Shown here: in pieces, positions 44,264-56,112 of the stretch
How the letters are laid out: every line of letters begins with the position of its first letter
How positions within the stretch are numbered: the stretch's first letter is position 1
Origin: Bigelowiella natans CCMP2755
Taxonomy: Eukaryota; Protista; Cercozoa
Assembly (NCBI GenBank): GCA_000320545.1
Contig: ADNK01002607.1
Location: 62,001-126,000, forward strand
Direction: 5' to 3'
Length of the DNA: 64,000 nt
The notes under the pieces: generated by a model
What the model was told of the DNA's origin: nothing
Seen by the model: the letters and a program-made list of their open reading frames with translations, nothing else
Database searches by the model: none
Program-made: the position numbers and the translations under genes

Positions 44264-45535
44264 GTGTGTGGGTGTGTGTGTGTGTGTGTGTGTGTGGCTT
44301 GTTCTGTTCCGCAATTTGTGTTCGTTGTCGTCGCTGCGAAGCTTTACAACTCTTCAGTTCCGTCATTTGCTATTCGTAACGGATTGGATGACTGGATTGA
44401 GATGTGGATTCTTTCGGCCGCAGTGTCCTTTTTCCAGGTCTTCATCACACGTGCAGTACAAAACATATGCAAGGCTGAAGCCTCTCAGTGAACTATATGT
44501 TATGTTGTCAATTATTTCGCAGTCCACATCGAGAAGTTATTTGTCTATATAAATTAATCAGCTACTTCCGTACTGGTTTCTTGTCCAATCCAGGGCAATA
44601 GTTCCCGGTTATGCTGCGCATAGGTAGTTGTACAGTGATGCCAGGGAGAGAGAACAAAAAGGACGAGAAAACAAGGAAGACACGAACAAAAATAAAGAGA
44701 AGAAGAGAATAAATAAAAGGAGTCGTGTAACTCAGTTACAGCTCCACAACTCAGGTATTTGGCGGGAATGTGGACCTTTCCATGTTTCATGACGCTGATA
44801 TCGGGTCGTGAGGCAAAGAATAGTGGGTGCGGGGCATGCGCAAGCTACTCCATCGCTGTGGCCTTGGGGGGTGGAATCCTGATCTCCTCTGAATTCATCA
44901 TAGGCCAGAAGCTCAATGCCTGGAAGTAATAATCGTAGTAGAAGAAGAAGAAGTAAATAGATTGTTGCATTGTAGCGGCTTAAGAAAGAACCCCATCGCA
45001 CGTGCTGAGTTGAAGTAGTTACTGTAGTATTTGGCTAAGACAACCTCATCTCCACTGAATAATGATTGTTGTAGCTCTTGTAATTGATTTTCTCTTTTTG
45101 TCTCCTTCCTCCTTCAGATATTCACAAAATACGTTATCGAATTGGTACCATCTAGCCCTACAAATCGTAGTGCCAAATATACTTCTTCCAATTGGCTTAT
45201 CCTATGTTGATCAGACCTCTGCCCACAGCTACATTGCCCGCGTATTGGTAGCTCCTCCAATCTCTTTGATGTACACTGGGGCGTTAGCACTTTCTTGCAC
45301 TACATTAGCCTCTTGTGCAATTTGTAATTGATGCCAAGCAGAGCTATATCAGAAAGGTAGCTTTTAAATACATTCGCTCTAATACAAGCTTCATGAATTT
45401 GAAAGGATTGAAAGCCTTCACACTAGCACATCCTGTCGTCGATGTCGCGCAGTGCGCGCAGCCGTCCGTCTTTTTCAGCCATTGATAGATTGTCAGTCGT
45501 TTCGTCTCGTCATTTCGTTCCATGATGGCAGTCAA
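42499..45535 (-). CDS. Probable further minus-strand coding exons of unknown function, possibly the N-terminus of the CHAT/STAND locus
   Basis: Several open, protein-like segments with GT-AG borders (e.g. 42973-43239, 43461-43652). No recognisable domain. Confidence 0.35.
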
Positions 45536-45901
45536 TTGGTTTCATGATCTGAGCTATTGGTGTGCGCTAGTGCGCATGCGTCGCATTAGAGGCGATGGTG
45601 CATGTCTTTCACAACACCACGTGTGCTGTGCACTTCTGTACTAGAGTTGCACCTGCTGCTTCACAGTCGGGTTACATGCGGGCATCTTGTCGTGAGAAGT
45701 CGTGCGGAACGCTGCATTGCTAGATCATCTAGCTAGCTAGTTCTAGAGTTGTGGCGCCCGTGCATGTCTCACAATTGTGTGGCATGTTCTCTAGCTCTCT
45801 GGCTCTAGAGCTCTAGTGCAGCATTCAGCGCCACATGTGAGATGGATGTGATGAAGTGATCAAATCTCATTTTCAATGGTCATCTAGTCATCATCCCATT
45901 T

Positions 45902-47580
45902 TGGGTCAGGTCCCCGATTGATCAATCTCCAAGTCAACCCTTCCATGTTGACCAAGGTCTCCCTCAAGGTGCCCCTGAATCACCAGTTCTGTTTGCGTTG
46001 TTCATCAACGACCTCATGGAACGACTGAGACAGCGTGGCTGTGGCGTCCAGTTTGCAAATGCTCGTAGACCAGGACTCTTCTTTGCTGATGACATCGCTT
46101 TGGTTGCTGCCACTCCTCTTGACATCAAGCTAGCTCTCGAAGTGACGACTCAATGGTGCAGAGAATGGAGACTCAAGGCCAACGGAGACAAGTCTGGCAT
46201 CATGATTGTCGGGTCTTCTGTTCTCAAACAGGATTGCTCACGATGTGAGTTTGGATGCTGTGGTGAATTGATGCGCTCAGTGAACCAATGTCGGCATCTG
46301 GAAATTGCCTTCCAAAGCTCCTTGTCACTCCATGCGCACATCACGGACACTGTGAAAGTGGCGAAGCGAGCTTCTGGCAGGCTCAAGTGTGGCTTCGCAA
46401 GGCATTCAGGCCTCCGTCCCAGAACACGGATTCATCTCTGGAATGCTCTCGTTCGCCCCAACCTCGAATGTGGCATGGGACTGATCTCTCCCATTTTGCC
46501 TCAATGCCTCAAAAACCAGCTGCAGAGTGTCCAGACACAGTTCCTCAGAGAGACTCTTCGAGCCCATGGCCAACCCCTGTGCTTCTTGTTGTCTTGACGT
46601 GGCCAGGAAGATTTGCAGGCTCGTTGGGACAAGTCTCTCATGAGCCTCCTGAGCAGGACACGTCAGCAACCTGATGAATCCATGACAAAGGATCTTTTGC
46701 ACCTTTCCCTGGATCAGGCTGATGCTCTGCGCTCAAGTTGGGGTCACAACACTGGGTCTGTCCTTCACCGCATCACTGCCTGTGGCCCGTCTGCCTGTGG
46801 CTTGGACGTGTCAGTCAACTTGGACCAGACCCATCCAAAACTGGTTGATCTTGACCTCAATCGAAGAGTCAGGGCTCGTCTGTCCACCAATGGCAACTGA
46901 CACTTGTGTCGCAGCTTTCATTCGTGCGTCAAACCCGATGCCCCAATCTGCAAACTCAGAGCCTGGGCGAAGAGCCACATTGGAAGGCCAGCTTCCAGGT
47001 TGTTTGAGTGTCATCTCGATGATTGGCACGACAATTCAGGAATGTTGATCAAACTTCAGCTCCGCGCTGGGACTTTCGAAACTGAAGAACACAGGGCCAA
47101 AGTTCACAATTTGCCCCCCTCTTCCTCGGTTTGTCCTCTTTGCAATGCTGAAGTTGTTCAAAGTGTCAACCACCGCCTCATCCATCATTGCACTCACTTG
47201 AATGCAGAGAGAAACAAACTTCTGTCGTGCATGAGATGAGCTCTGCATCACCTGGGCCCAGCTTCTTCCTTCTGCTCTTCATTCTTCAACGCTCCAGACT
47301 CTTTCAAAACCAAAGTTCTGCTGGGGGTCCCCTCAGATGATCCAAACGCAGATCGTTGTGTGGACATGGCCTTCAGGAAGTTTTTGCTCAGAGTGGAAGC
47401 CTTGCGCCGCCAGAACTTTGCCGCCAGTGTCATTGCTTCACAATGACTGAATCATGCCATTTTGAAAAACCAGCTAGTTGAAGCCAGTTCGAGGCACTGC
47501 ACTTCGCACACTGCAAACGTCTTGCAACACTTTGGAAGTGCAGTTCGTCATCATTGTTCATTGTTCATTGTCCAATGTGG
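45902..47580 (+). mobile_element. 5'-truncated non-LTR retrotransposon (LINE) ORF2: RT domain, C-terminal CCHC finger, 3' UTR and simple-repeat tail; inactivated and hypermutated
   Basis: GLPQGAPESPVLFALFINDL, LFFADDIAL, WCREWRLKANGDKS, LWNALVRPNLECG and CPLC..(SVNH)..HC, all in one frame from ~45902 to TGA at 47444-47446. Three internal TGA stops (46595, 46898, 47237). (CATTGTT)n tail at ~47550. Confidence 0.92.
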
Positions 47581-48330
47581 CTGTGCAAAGCAGCAACCAC
47601 AGCGCTCACATTCATGCTGACAACGCTCTGGCGGGCGCTGGCTAGCTAGCGAGCAACAACAGTGGCGGCAACAGCACTGGAGCACTCTGAGCACGCGCGT
47701 GTCGATCACACCTCCAGATCTCTGCTGAACCTAGCTCCACACATCTGGACATGTCCACAGATCGACATGCTGGCTGGCATGCTCGACGCACATGTGCGCA
47801 CACAATGCAGTGGCCAGGTAGCTAGGTGGCTAGAACCAAAGAATGGCCCACACTAGCTAGCTTGACCAGCATGCACACAGCGCAGCAACGACGTGCGCAT
47901 GCTGCACGCTGGCACGGTTGATCGATTCGTTGACTGGTGAGCAACGCAAACGTGCTAGACAAGCTAGTTCACAAAGTCGAGAAATGAGCACCCTTGACTC
48001 GACACTTCTGCAGCACAGAACGCACTAGCTAGCTAGCTAGCTAGCTACGTGCCCGCATGGCATCCCTAGCTAGCGGCTAGCCAACGCAACTTGCATCGCA
48101 TCGATCGCGTCTTGTGCACTAGCACATTCTCTAGTGGTTCTAGCATTGCTAGATTGGCGGTTAATCCAAATCAAATCTTGCGAACACACATTAGCCATCA
48201 CACATGCTTGCACGTGCATGCACACTCACATGCACACACACGCACACAGAGGGAAAGCTAGAAGTGGAGCGAAAGAGAGAGGAACATCTAGCTAGCTAGA
48301 CATGTAGATGCGCGTGCACATGAATGCGCA
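47581..48330. repeat. TpA-depleted, CTAG-enriched degenerate DNA flanking the LINE, including a (CTAG)n array at ~48025-48047
   Basis: Nearly all TA dinucleotides are in CTAG. Alternating purine-pyrimidine runs such as GCACGTGCATGCACAC. The same composition occurs at 45550-45900. Confidence 0.7.
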
Positions 48331-48401
48331 CATAAACATTTCACGTGATGTTAAACAGTTTCTTCAAGAAATCACAATGTAATAGATCTAGATCAAAATT
48401 C

Positions 48402-48475
48402 AGTTCTTTCTCAAAGTCAACAGCAACCGCCCGGGAGCGGCTTTGAGCTGATGCCCTTCATATTGGCCGAGAACT
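48402..48475 (-). promoter_or_regulatory. SECIS element (type II) in the selenoprotein W 3' UTR
   Basis: Minus strand reads AGUUCU...AUGA-AGGGCAUCAGC-UC-AAA-GCCGCU-CCCG-GGCGGU-U-GCUGUUGACUU-UGAG...AGAACU. This shows helix I, the AUGA/GA kink-turn core, an 11-bp helix II, unpaired AAA and an apical mini-helix. Confidence 0.9.
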
Positions 48476-48559
48476 TTGTGATTCGCACATCACGTGTTGT
48501 CCCTCGAACTAATTCCGACATGTCATATTGACATTGATGATGGATTGAAACTTTGAGGC

Positions 48560-48950
48560 TTATTTCTTTTTCGCCCCTGCATCAATCAGGGCTTTGACGA
48601 CTACATCGAACTTCTCTTGACTATCGACGAAGCTAAACATGAGAAAATAGTCAGGCTTTGCATATCGAAGCGAGAACAATTAAACATTACCCTTTTCCAC
48701 CAATCTTTGAGTGAACAACTTTACCGTTAACTGAGATCTCAAATTTACCGCTCTCGGTAGGGGTTGCCTCATGAGTTAACTTGTAGGATTTCTGGTCCAC
48801 CACCTTGGCAAGCAGTTGTGCGAATTGCTTGACCTTATATTTTCGATATGATAAGTCTCCAATGCTACAGTTTCGCAGATATAGTTAAATTACCGCGCCA
48901 AAATAGCCTCAGCCACCACAATAGACGACGTGAACTTTGATTTCGGACAT
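48560..48950 (-). CDS. SELENOW: Selenoprotein W (Rdx family), 90 aa, Sec encoded by in-frame TGA at 48909-48911
   Basis: Exons 48950-48894, 48833-48691 and 48632-48560 splice in frame to MSEIKVHVVYCGGUGYFGA|VKQFAQLLAKVVDQKSYKLTHEATPTESGKFEISVNGKVVHSKIGGKG|FVDSQEKFDVVVKALIDAGAKKK*. CxxU motif, G-x-FE-I-x-VNG and HSK motifs, SECIS downstream. Confidence 0.95.
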
Positions 48951-49345
48951 TGCTTTCAGGGGAGTACTGCGAAGATTTTTCAGATGTGGCACGTGAGGAA
49001 AATAAGAGGAATAGGAGATTGAACTGGGAAAAAAAAATCAATCAAAAGTTAAAAACGAATGACGTTTTGTTCTAAGATGTGTTCATTCTCAATTTTAAGC
49101 TTAAACTCGTATGGCTTTTCGCAAAGTGAAATTGTCAGCTGCAGGGCACCGAATTTACGGCTTATAATTTTGTGCTAGATGTGAATAAGTCTTCGTGTAA
49201 GACGTCGAGGTAGAAGGGCCTCTACTTCAAGCCAAATAACAAACGTCCTTCTTCACTTCGATCGATCTCTATTTCCTAATCAGCGTCATGAAGGATACGT
49301 TGTCGCATACCAATAATTGGTTTCCTTTTGTTTCCAGACTCCAAA

Positions 49346-50375
49346 ATGGTATTCAGATCGGCGATGCACGTCCTGATCCTCTGTCCCTTCGTAGCCTTCG
49401 CCATTATCCCTCCAGAATATGTCCAAACGGCCTTGAAAGGAGGACAGAAAAACTTGAACGCAAATTTTGAGTTTAAACAATGCACAGCAAAATATATTAA
49501 CCAAACGGTGATATCTAACAGGTTTAACCCGTCTACGCCATTGAGTTTTCGTTAATCCACACCACTTATATACTCTTGAAGTGTATCAACAAACTATTAT
49601 GGTTTTCATACATAGGAGTACCCTGTTTCCGACCCCATGGAGGACATGATTTCGACAATAAAATTCATGGAAGACCCTGATAATAGTGTGAAAGTAAGGC
49701 TGGAAGATCGAGGATACGGTGTGGCCTACGGAGAGGTTATCACTTCAAACTCTTGGAAAGAAAGGAATCAATTGTTACTAAAGACGGTGATTCTGACCAT
49801 CTGTTGTTCTCAGATCATTGGGAAATGCAATAAAGCGGATGGTAATCGTTGGGATGTATATCTTCCTGGTTCGGGAGATTGTGGGAATCCCGGCAACGTT
49901 CTGCAGTATAGCAAAGATGATAGTGATCATCTATACACGGTTGAGACAATTTCAGATTTCTTGTTATTGAAAATGATTTTGTTTCACACATTAAATGTGA
50001 GTGAGTAAAGATATCTCTCTCTCTCTTCCCCCCCCCGCTTTCCCTGTCCCGCTCTGTGTGCTTTGTGATCATACTCGTAGGTGGACAAAGTTTTAGGAGT
50101 ATATTATTTATCTAATGGAAACAACAAAATTGCTGTTTCTGTAAAGGTTGAGATAATATTTTATAACTTGATAAAACGTCTGAAAATAATTTTTGAATAT
50201 AAAAAAGGAAACTCCGTGCGAAGACGGCAAGGTAGAGGAAGACATAAAGAAATTTCACCTTGCGTACAAATCCAAACTCGATCGCTATCACAAGACGTTA
50301 CACCCATACTGGTGTGATAGAAACTTGATTAATCATGAAGGAGCTTGCATAGATGTGAAACATTCCAGCTTTTAG
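49346..50375 (+). CDS. Putative secreted Cys-containing protein of unknown function (multi-exon)
   Basis: Signal-peptide-like MVFRSAMHVLILCPFVAFA. Exons at ~49346-49521, 49616-49735, 49813-49939, 50081-50146 and 50206-50375 with GT-AG borders. Divergent from SELENOW. Confidence 0.5.
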
Positions 50376-50996
50376 CTATTTGTAGCGATACAATGCAAAA
50401 ATGAATGGAATATCTCTAGAATGAGACTTTGGATGCACGAAGTCATTAAAAAATATACTACGAATGTACGAACGTGTGTTGCCTGTTAAGTGTCTATAAG
50501 TGACATGGCATATGGCTGCGCGAGCATGCACTGTCAAACGCTGCTGACATGTGTTAAGATATGCAATGCATTGCAGATATAGAGTGCATCCTCATTTGGC
50601 GTGTTGAACAAATTCCTGCTTGCTGGCTAGCTGGCTGCATGTTTCATATCTGCTAGCCTGACACTCTTTAGTTCTAGTCATTGCGCTATGAAATGTGTGA
50701 TACACACAATTTTGATTGTGTTCAAGACTATCTAGCTATGTGTACAAAATGATATGCACTCGCATTCATAATGCTTGAATGATGCATCGAAGCGTATAGT
50801 AGCGTTCCGAGTATCCTATCTGGAACTTGAACGCGCGATTCTCTAGCATTATTTATTGGGGCATTCGCGACCACGGCATATTGTCGTGAACCACCGAGCA
50901 TTCCAAATTTGGTCTTCTATTTTTTTCCATTTTTAACATGATTAATATGCTTTGATGCTGTTTCTAATGCATGTCTACTGTACAGTCATTCTATCC

Positions 50997-52565
50997 TCAG
51001 GAACGTTTCGCATCGGATTCGTACCTTCGAATCACCTGACCGACAATTTTAAATCAAATAACGTTGATTTTACGAGATCTTCTTGTATTAAGACTGAGAT
51101 TTGATTGGCTGTAAACATCTCGTAGGTACCTCTTTCCTGTATTGATCTATCTGAAAGAAATCGTAGCAATACCGACCGTTTGGATTCTTACACCTTCTTC
51201 TAGTACCTGACAAACCATTAGATTGAACTTTCTTTCCTTCAATAACACTGCTACTGTAAGCAGCTAGTGCTGTATGGCGCCTTACATCCGCAGAATTGGC
51301 CGCTGTCATCGTGGCATCCAACACCTTTGCATAATTTTACACACATTTTTAAGCACCCCTCACGAATGGTATTCGTTTCATATGTTTACATCGCTCCTAC
51401 CTCCAGCCCGGCACGGACATGTTGTGTCTTTGCATCTGCACCCCTGACGTCAGATTTACAAAAGTTACAATTGAATTGAAACATAATGTTACACCATTTT
51501 AGAATATATGATGAAATGTTGTCTAGAGATAGAGACGAATGAATGATAGAAAGGCTAATTCCAATACCCTCGGGCAGCACACGTTTTTCCTACTCGTTCT
51601 AATCTCTAACAACCCATATAAAAAGGATATCCGTCAACACTCTGTCGTTTGTGCAAGACCTTAGAATATATACATACTCCCAACACAGTATTTAGGACAC
51701 ACCGTCAAGAGTTTTTGACTCGCTTTGGTCGAGTTCATTCTCAGAAAATACTCCTAAAAGAAGCTTCTTTCTTTCCGCTTCATCTGTTGATTTATGTGGA
51801 GGTCGCTGAAAGTAAAACGAATGAAGAAGGAACGACAAGGCAGTTCTTCGTGAAAAAAAAAATATGTTTGTGTGTTTTCATTATTGCATCTGCATGAAAC
51901 ATTAAATAGAAAGCGTAAAGCAAAGGTCACCTAATTTCCTCAGTGTGCGTTCGTCCGTACTTGCAGGATACTTGCGGCGCCTTGGCGCACGTTCTTTCTC
52001 GAAATCTAGTTTTAGATTGGTAATATGGATATGAACCTTGAAGCTCAGAAAAAATATCGATATATGTATGTGACTCATTTGGTGACCATCTCCTAATTGC
52101 AATGATAGAAACTAATTACAAACTTTCGAACGGGGTGAGTACGCATTTCCCGTCTCCTCCGATGCCCAAAGAGTAGCCTCCGCTCTTTGGCACGCTGATG
52201 AATAATTGATTGATCCGTTTGGGAATGACTAACGTCAAATGAAATCCCATCACAATATTTTCTTCTCGTTCGACCACTCTACAAGCACAAGCACACCACC
52301 ATTACTCATGATGAACATTCAGGACAACTTGAACTGACCCGCTACTTCCTGCCTGCGCTCTACCGAATTCTATCACGCGAAGACGTGTCGAAAATCTCAC
52401 ATGAACTTGGTCTAAACTGTGGCTATCTTTCTTCTGAAGTTTCGGAACTACTTCGGCTCCTCCCCCTTCTTGTCCTGCTGTGTTCTGCTTTCGAGTATTA
52501 GACGATATAGATGATATATCCTTCTCCTCCTCCTTCTTCCTCTTCGAACTTCTAGTGAGGGGCAT
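50997..52565 (-). CDS. CSRNP/AXUD1-like (CSRNP_N domain) cysteine-rich nuclear protein
   Basis: VRFSTRLRVIEFGRAQAGSS|SVPKSGGYSLGIG, EIRTSR, GCRCKDTTCPC, VGCHDDSGQFCGC and CKNPNGRY match the CSRNP_N pattern. Basic NLS-like N-terminus (KRKKE). Confidence 0.75.
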
Positions 52566-52788
52566 GCAGGATTGGATTATTCAGAGAAGAAGAGGAGAGG
52601 ACGGAGAAGGGCAGGTGTGGTGGGAGCCCTCCTGGCTGGTGTCTTGTCAGGAGAGCTTCATTATTTAGTTCATCCCTATGACTAGAACCATGTGCAAATA
52701 TCTTAGATATTCCTAGTATAATAAAATGTCTAAACGGAGATAATCACTACAACAACCACGTCGGACCACGAAGAACGGCAGCATTCGA

Positions 52789-54728
52789 ATGCCACCCCTC
52801 ACTCGGGCACTGGAGCGAGTCGTTGTGACAGGGCTTGGCGCTGTCACACCTCTTGCAGCCACGGCTACTGCCTCATGGCGTAGCTTGATAGAAGGTAAAT
52901 CCGGAATAGGGCCCCTCAAGGAGGACTGGGTTGAGGAAAAAAAGATCAAATCCAAGGTAATTGATGATAAGATGTACAACAGGTGCAGTTCTGTGAGCTT
53001 GAAACTCTTCTAACTTTGTGTATTCTCACAAATGAATATGGACTAAGGTCGCTGCTACAATTCCAGTGGACGAAAAGGAAAGTTTTCTGCATGCGAAGGC
53101 CCCGTTGTCGCCACTGTTTGTACAATATGCACTGGCAGCAGCGAAAGAAGCGATGGAAGATGCTAACTATGAGCCAAAGGTAAAACCTATAATAGATAAT
53201 AATAATTATTTAGCTGCGAATCGAAACAAGACCATTACCCCCCCCCTCCTTTTGGAAGTCAGAAGATGAAAAACGCCGTGCTGGTGTCGCTGTTGGCTCT
53301 GGAATCGGAAATATTGATGAGATAGCGAACGGTATCACAGCAGCACATACTTCCCCTCTTTGCTTCGTATGATTAAATTGTAGCATTGATTATAGTTTAT
53401 TTCCAAATTTAGCTGTACGTACCATGGACACAAGAGGGATAAGGAGGATTAGCCCTTACTTCGTCACTCACATTCTGGTAGCGTAGCTACTACTACTACT
53501 ACTACTACCACTACCACTACTACAGCACACCATTTCACAATTAACTAAAATTGGGACCCCATTGCATCAGGTCAATATGGCAGCTGGGCAGATTAGTATA
53601 GCCCACAATCTAAAGGGCCCTAATCACGCAGCAAGGTAGTGAAGATATGTATAAACTGTGGTGCTCTGCCAAACAAGAACATTTTCCCTTTCCACCTGTC
53701 AACTGAGTAAGATGTTTGTGTTAGCACGGCATGCGCAACGGGAGCGAACGCAATAGGCGATGCTTTTCGAATAATAAGATCCGGCGATGCTGACGTGATG
53801 CTCGCTGGAGGAACGGAGTCGTGCATTGATCCACTGTCCCTGGGTGGATTCTCCCAGATGAGGGTGTTTTCATGCCTTTGACTCTCAGTATAATCCATTT
53901 GTCGTTTACTTGTTAAATGTGCCGTCCCCATGTGTAGGCACTGTCCACGAAGTACAACGACACACCAGAGGCTGCTTCTCGGCCCTTCGACACTCAGCGC
54001 GATGGTCGATCTTCCGTCATAATCTACATTCCGAGCTGAATAATACTCAAATTAATGTTCCTTCAACGAATGTGGTACTGTTTTCAGGTTTTGTCATCGG
54101 AGAGGGGGCAGCTGTATTAATGCTGGAATCGCTTTCCCACGCCCAAAAACGCGGTGCTAAATGCTATGCTGAGATCGTTGGATATGGGATGTCTGGCGAT
54201 GCACATCATGTTACGGCTCCTTCGCCTTTTGGTCATGGCGCGGAAGCTTGCATGAGGGCAGCGCTTAAAGATGCAGATTTGGACCCGAGAATAATTGGTT
54301 ACATTAATGCACATGCAACGTCGACTCCCCTTGGTGACAAGATTGAGGCCGCTGCTATATCACGTTTGTTTGGTGCGGTTGAGGGCGTAGAAAATGAAAA
54401 TTTGCCCTATGTGTCTTCAGTCAAAGGTGCTATCGGTCACACGCTAGGAGCCGCCGGGGCAATAGAAGCTTTGTTTGCAATTCTAGCTCTTCATGAAAAC
54501 GTATTACCGCCCACCCTAAATCTACATAATCCTGAGGCTGCTATTGAAGGATGGGCTACTGGTGACGAGGCTCTAAAAGCAGACGAAATTCATTATCCCC
54601 CAATTAATCACATTCCATTTGAAGCGATTAGACCAGAGACGCCAATACAAGCAGTCCTCTCAAATTCTTTTGGCTTTGGTGGAGTAAATGCTTCGCTTGC
54701 CTTTGTGAAATCTCAGGTTATAGAATAG
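52789..54728 (+). CDS. fabF: 3-oxoacyl-[ACP] synthase II (FabF / mitochondrial OXSM-like)
   Basis: [31 protein letters not shown] (catalytic Cys), [37 protein letters not shown]. Confidence 0.95.
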
Positions 54729-55530
54729 TTAAAACAGCTGTAAGATTTGAAGCAGGCACGAAATCATTCTACTAGCCAAATGCTGTTATAAGCCTTTCTA
54801 GCTTTGTTGATCTCTTGATCAGGTGCATCATCATAATTGTATAATATTTCATCATTATCTATAATATCTCATGCTGGCAGCATCGCTAACTAGCAAGCGC
54901 TAGAAGCGCCACAATACAGGCTAGCAGGGACGAAGAACAGTGCTAGAGTGCCATTCATATCACGCAGCCGCGTAGCAGCTCATAAGCTGATGACCATGTC
55001 AGCGTTGTTATTTGTGCAACAATTCTGCACATAGATGTATCGTACATAGATCTAAAGATAGATGTGCTACGCAAACTAGCTAGCTAGTTTTCTTAGCGTA
55101 TCAATGCCGCGGGATGAGCCGTTGTTTTCATAGAAAGCGTGGTCAATGTTGCGAGTGGTGCATCTAACTTCTATGCCATGCCCAGCGACGAATTATAGCC
55201 TCATCGTCGTATCATGTACAAATTAGTCAACATGTATACCGCGCTAGCTTGTGCATGCAACACGGTGTGTGTACATGTGCATCAGATGAAGGGTACATCA
55301 ATGATCACTGCACAACGATAATTATATGAACGATTATTCTCGTCCCTATTGTTGCAATGAGATCTTCATTTCTTGAGAAACGGTCATCAACATGTCTAGA
55401 TGTATTTGATATTTGGCTCCATAGAATTCTCAATGGTAGTTTTTAAAAATGACCACTGAGTCTAATTTCATATTTCAGCATGAAGGCATCGTTATCTACT
55501 GGATACTCTCGGGAAGAATATTTGTTTGTT

Positions 55531-56066
55531 TCATGCTAAAGGATTTGGGATTTTCCATTTAACAACATCCTCTACAATTTTCATCGCCCGAAGACACAAT
55601 TCATCTTTCCATGGAAGAGTCACAACCTATTTGATCAACATCATCATCACCACCATCCTCGCCACCAACAGCAAGACAACTTCGCTTTTTCAAGATTGCA
55701 AATAGAGCACTCACGAATCAACCTGCACGCCCATTGGCATGTTCCTAGAGTCCACACCAGCAATCTTTGCCGCAGCAGTGATGCTATCTTTCCTTCCCTC
55801 ATACTTCTCTTCGTCAGCCTATCATTTTGATTAGTGGTGGTGCGAGCAGAGAAAGAAGAGCAAAAGAGTAAAAAAACTATTATAAGAAGTATTTGGTCTT
55901 ACTACAGCCACGGCTACGACAATTCTTCTCACCCCCCTCCCTTTCCCTCCTCAACCACTGATGCTTGCGTTTTCATTAGGTGCTACTACTACCCTAACTA
56001 ATGTGGTAGGCACAACGCCGGCTGGGAAATGAACAATGTTCCAGAGAAACGTGTATGAGCTTGCCT

Positions 56067-56112
<46 letters not shown>

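Noticed and set aside
20350-44500. ORFs with poly-YI, poly-HT, poly-ER, poly-L/M/Y runs
   Set aside because: Translations of intronic microsatellites.
45998-47239. Classical RIP or CpG deamination as the explanation for the LINE's TG/CA richness
   Set aside because: Those processes create or leave TA and deplete CG. Here TA is absent, CG is still common, and conserved Tyr became Cys/His. A minor C->T contribution (TGA stops) is not excluded.
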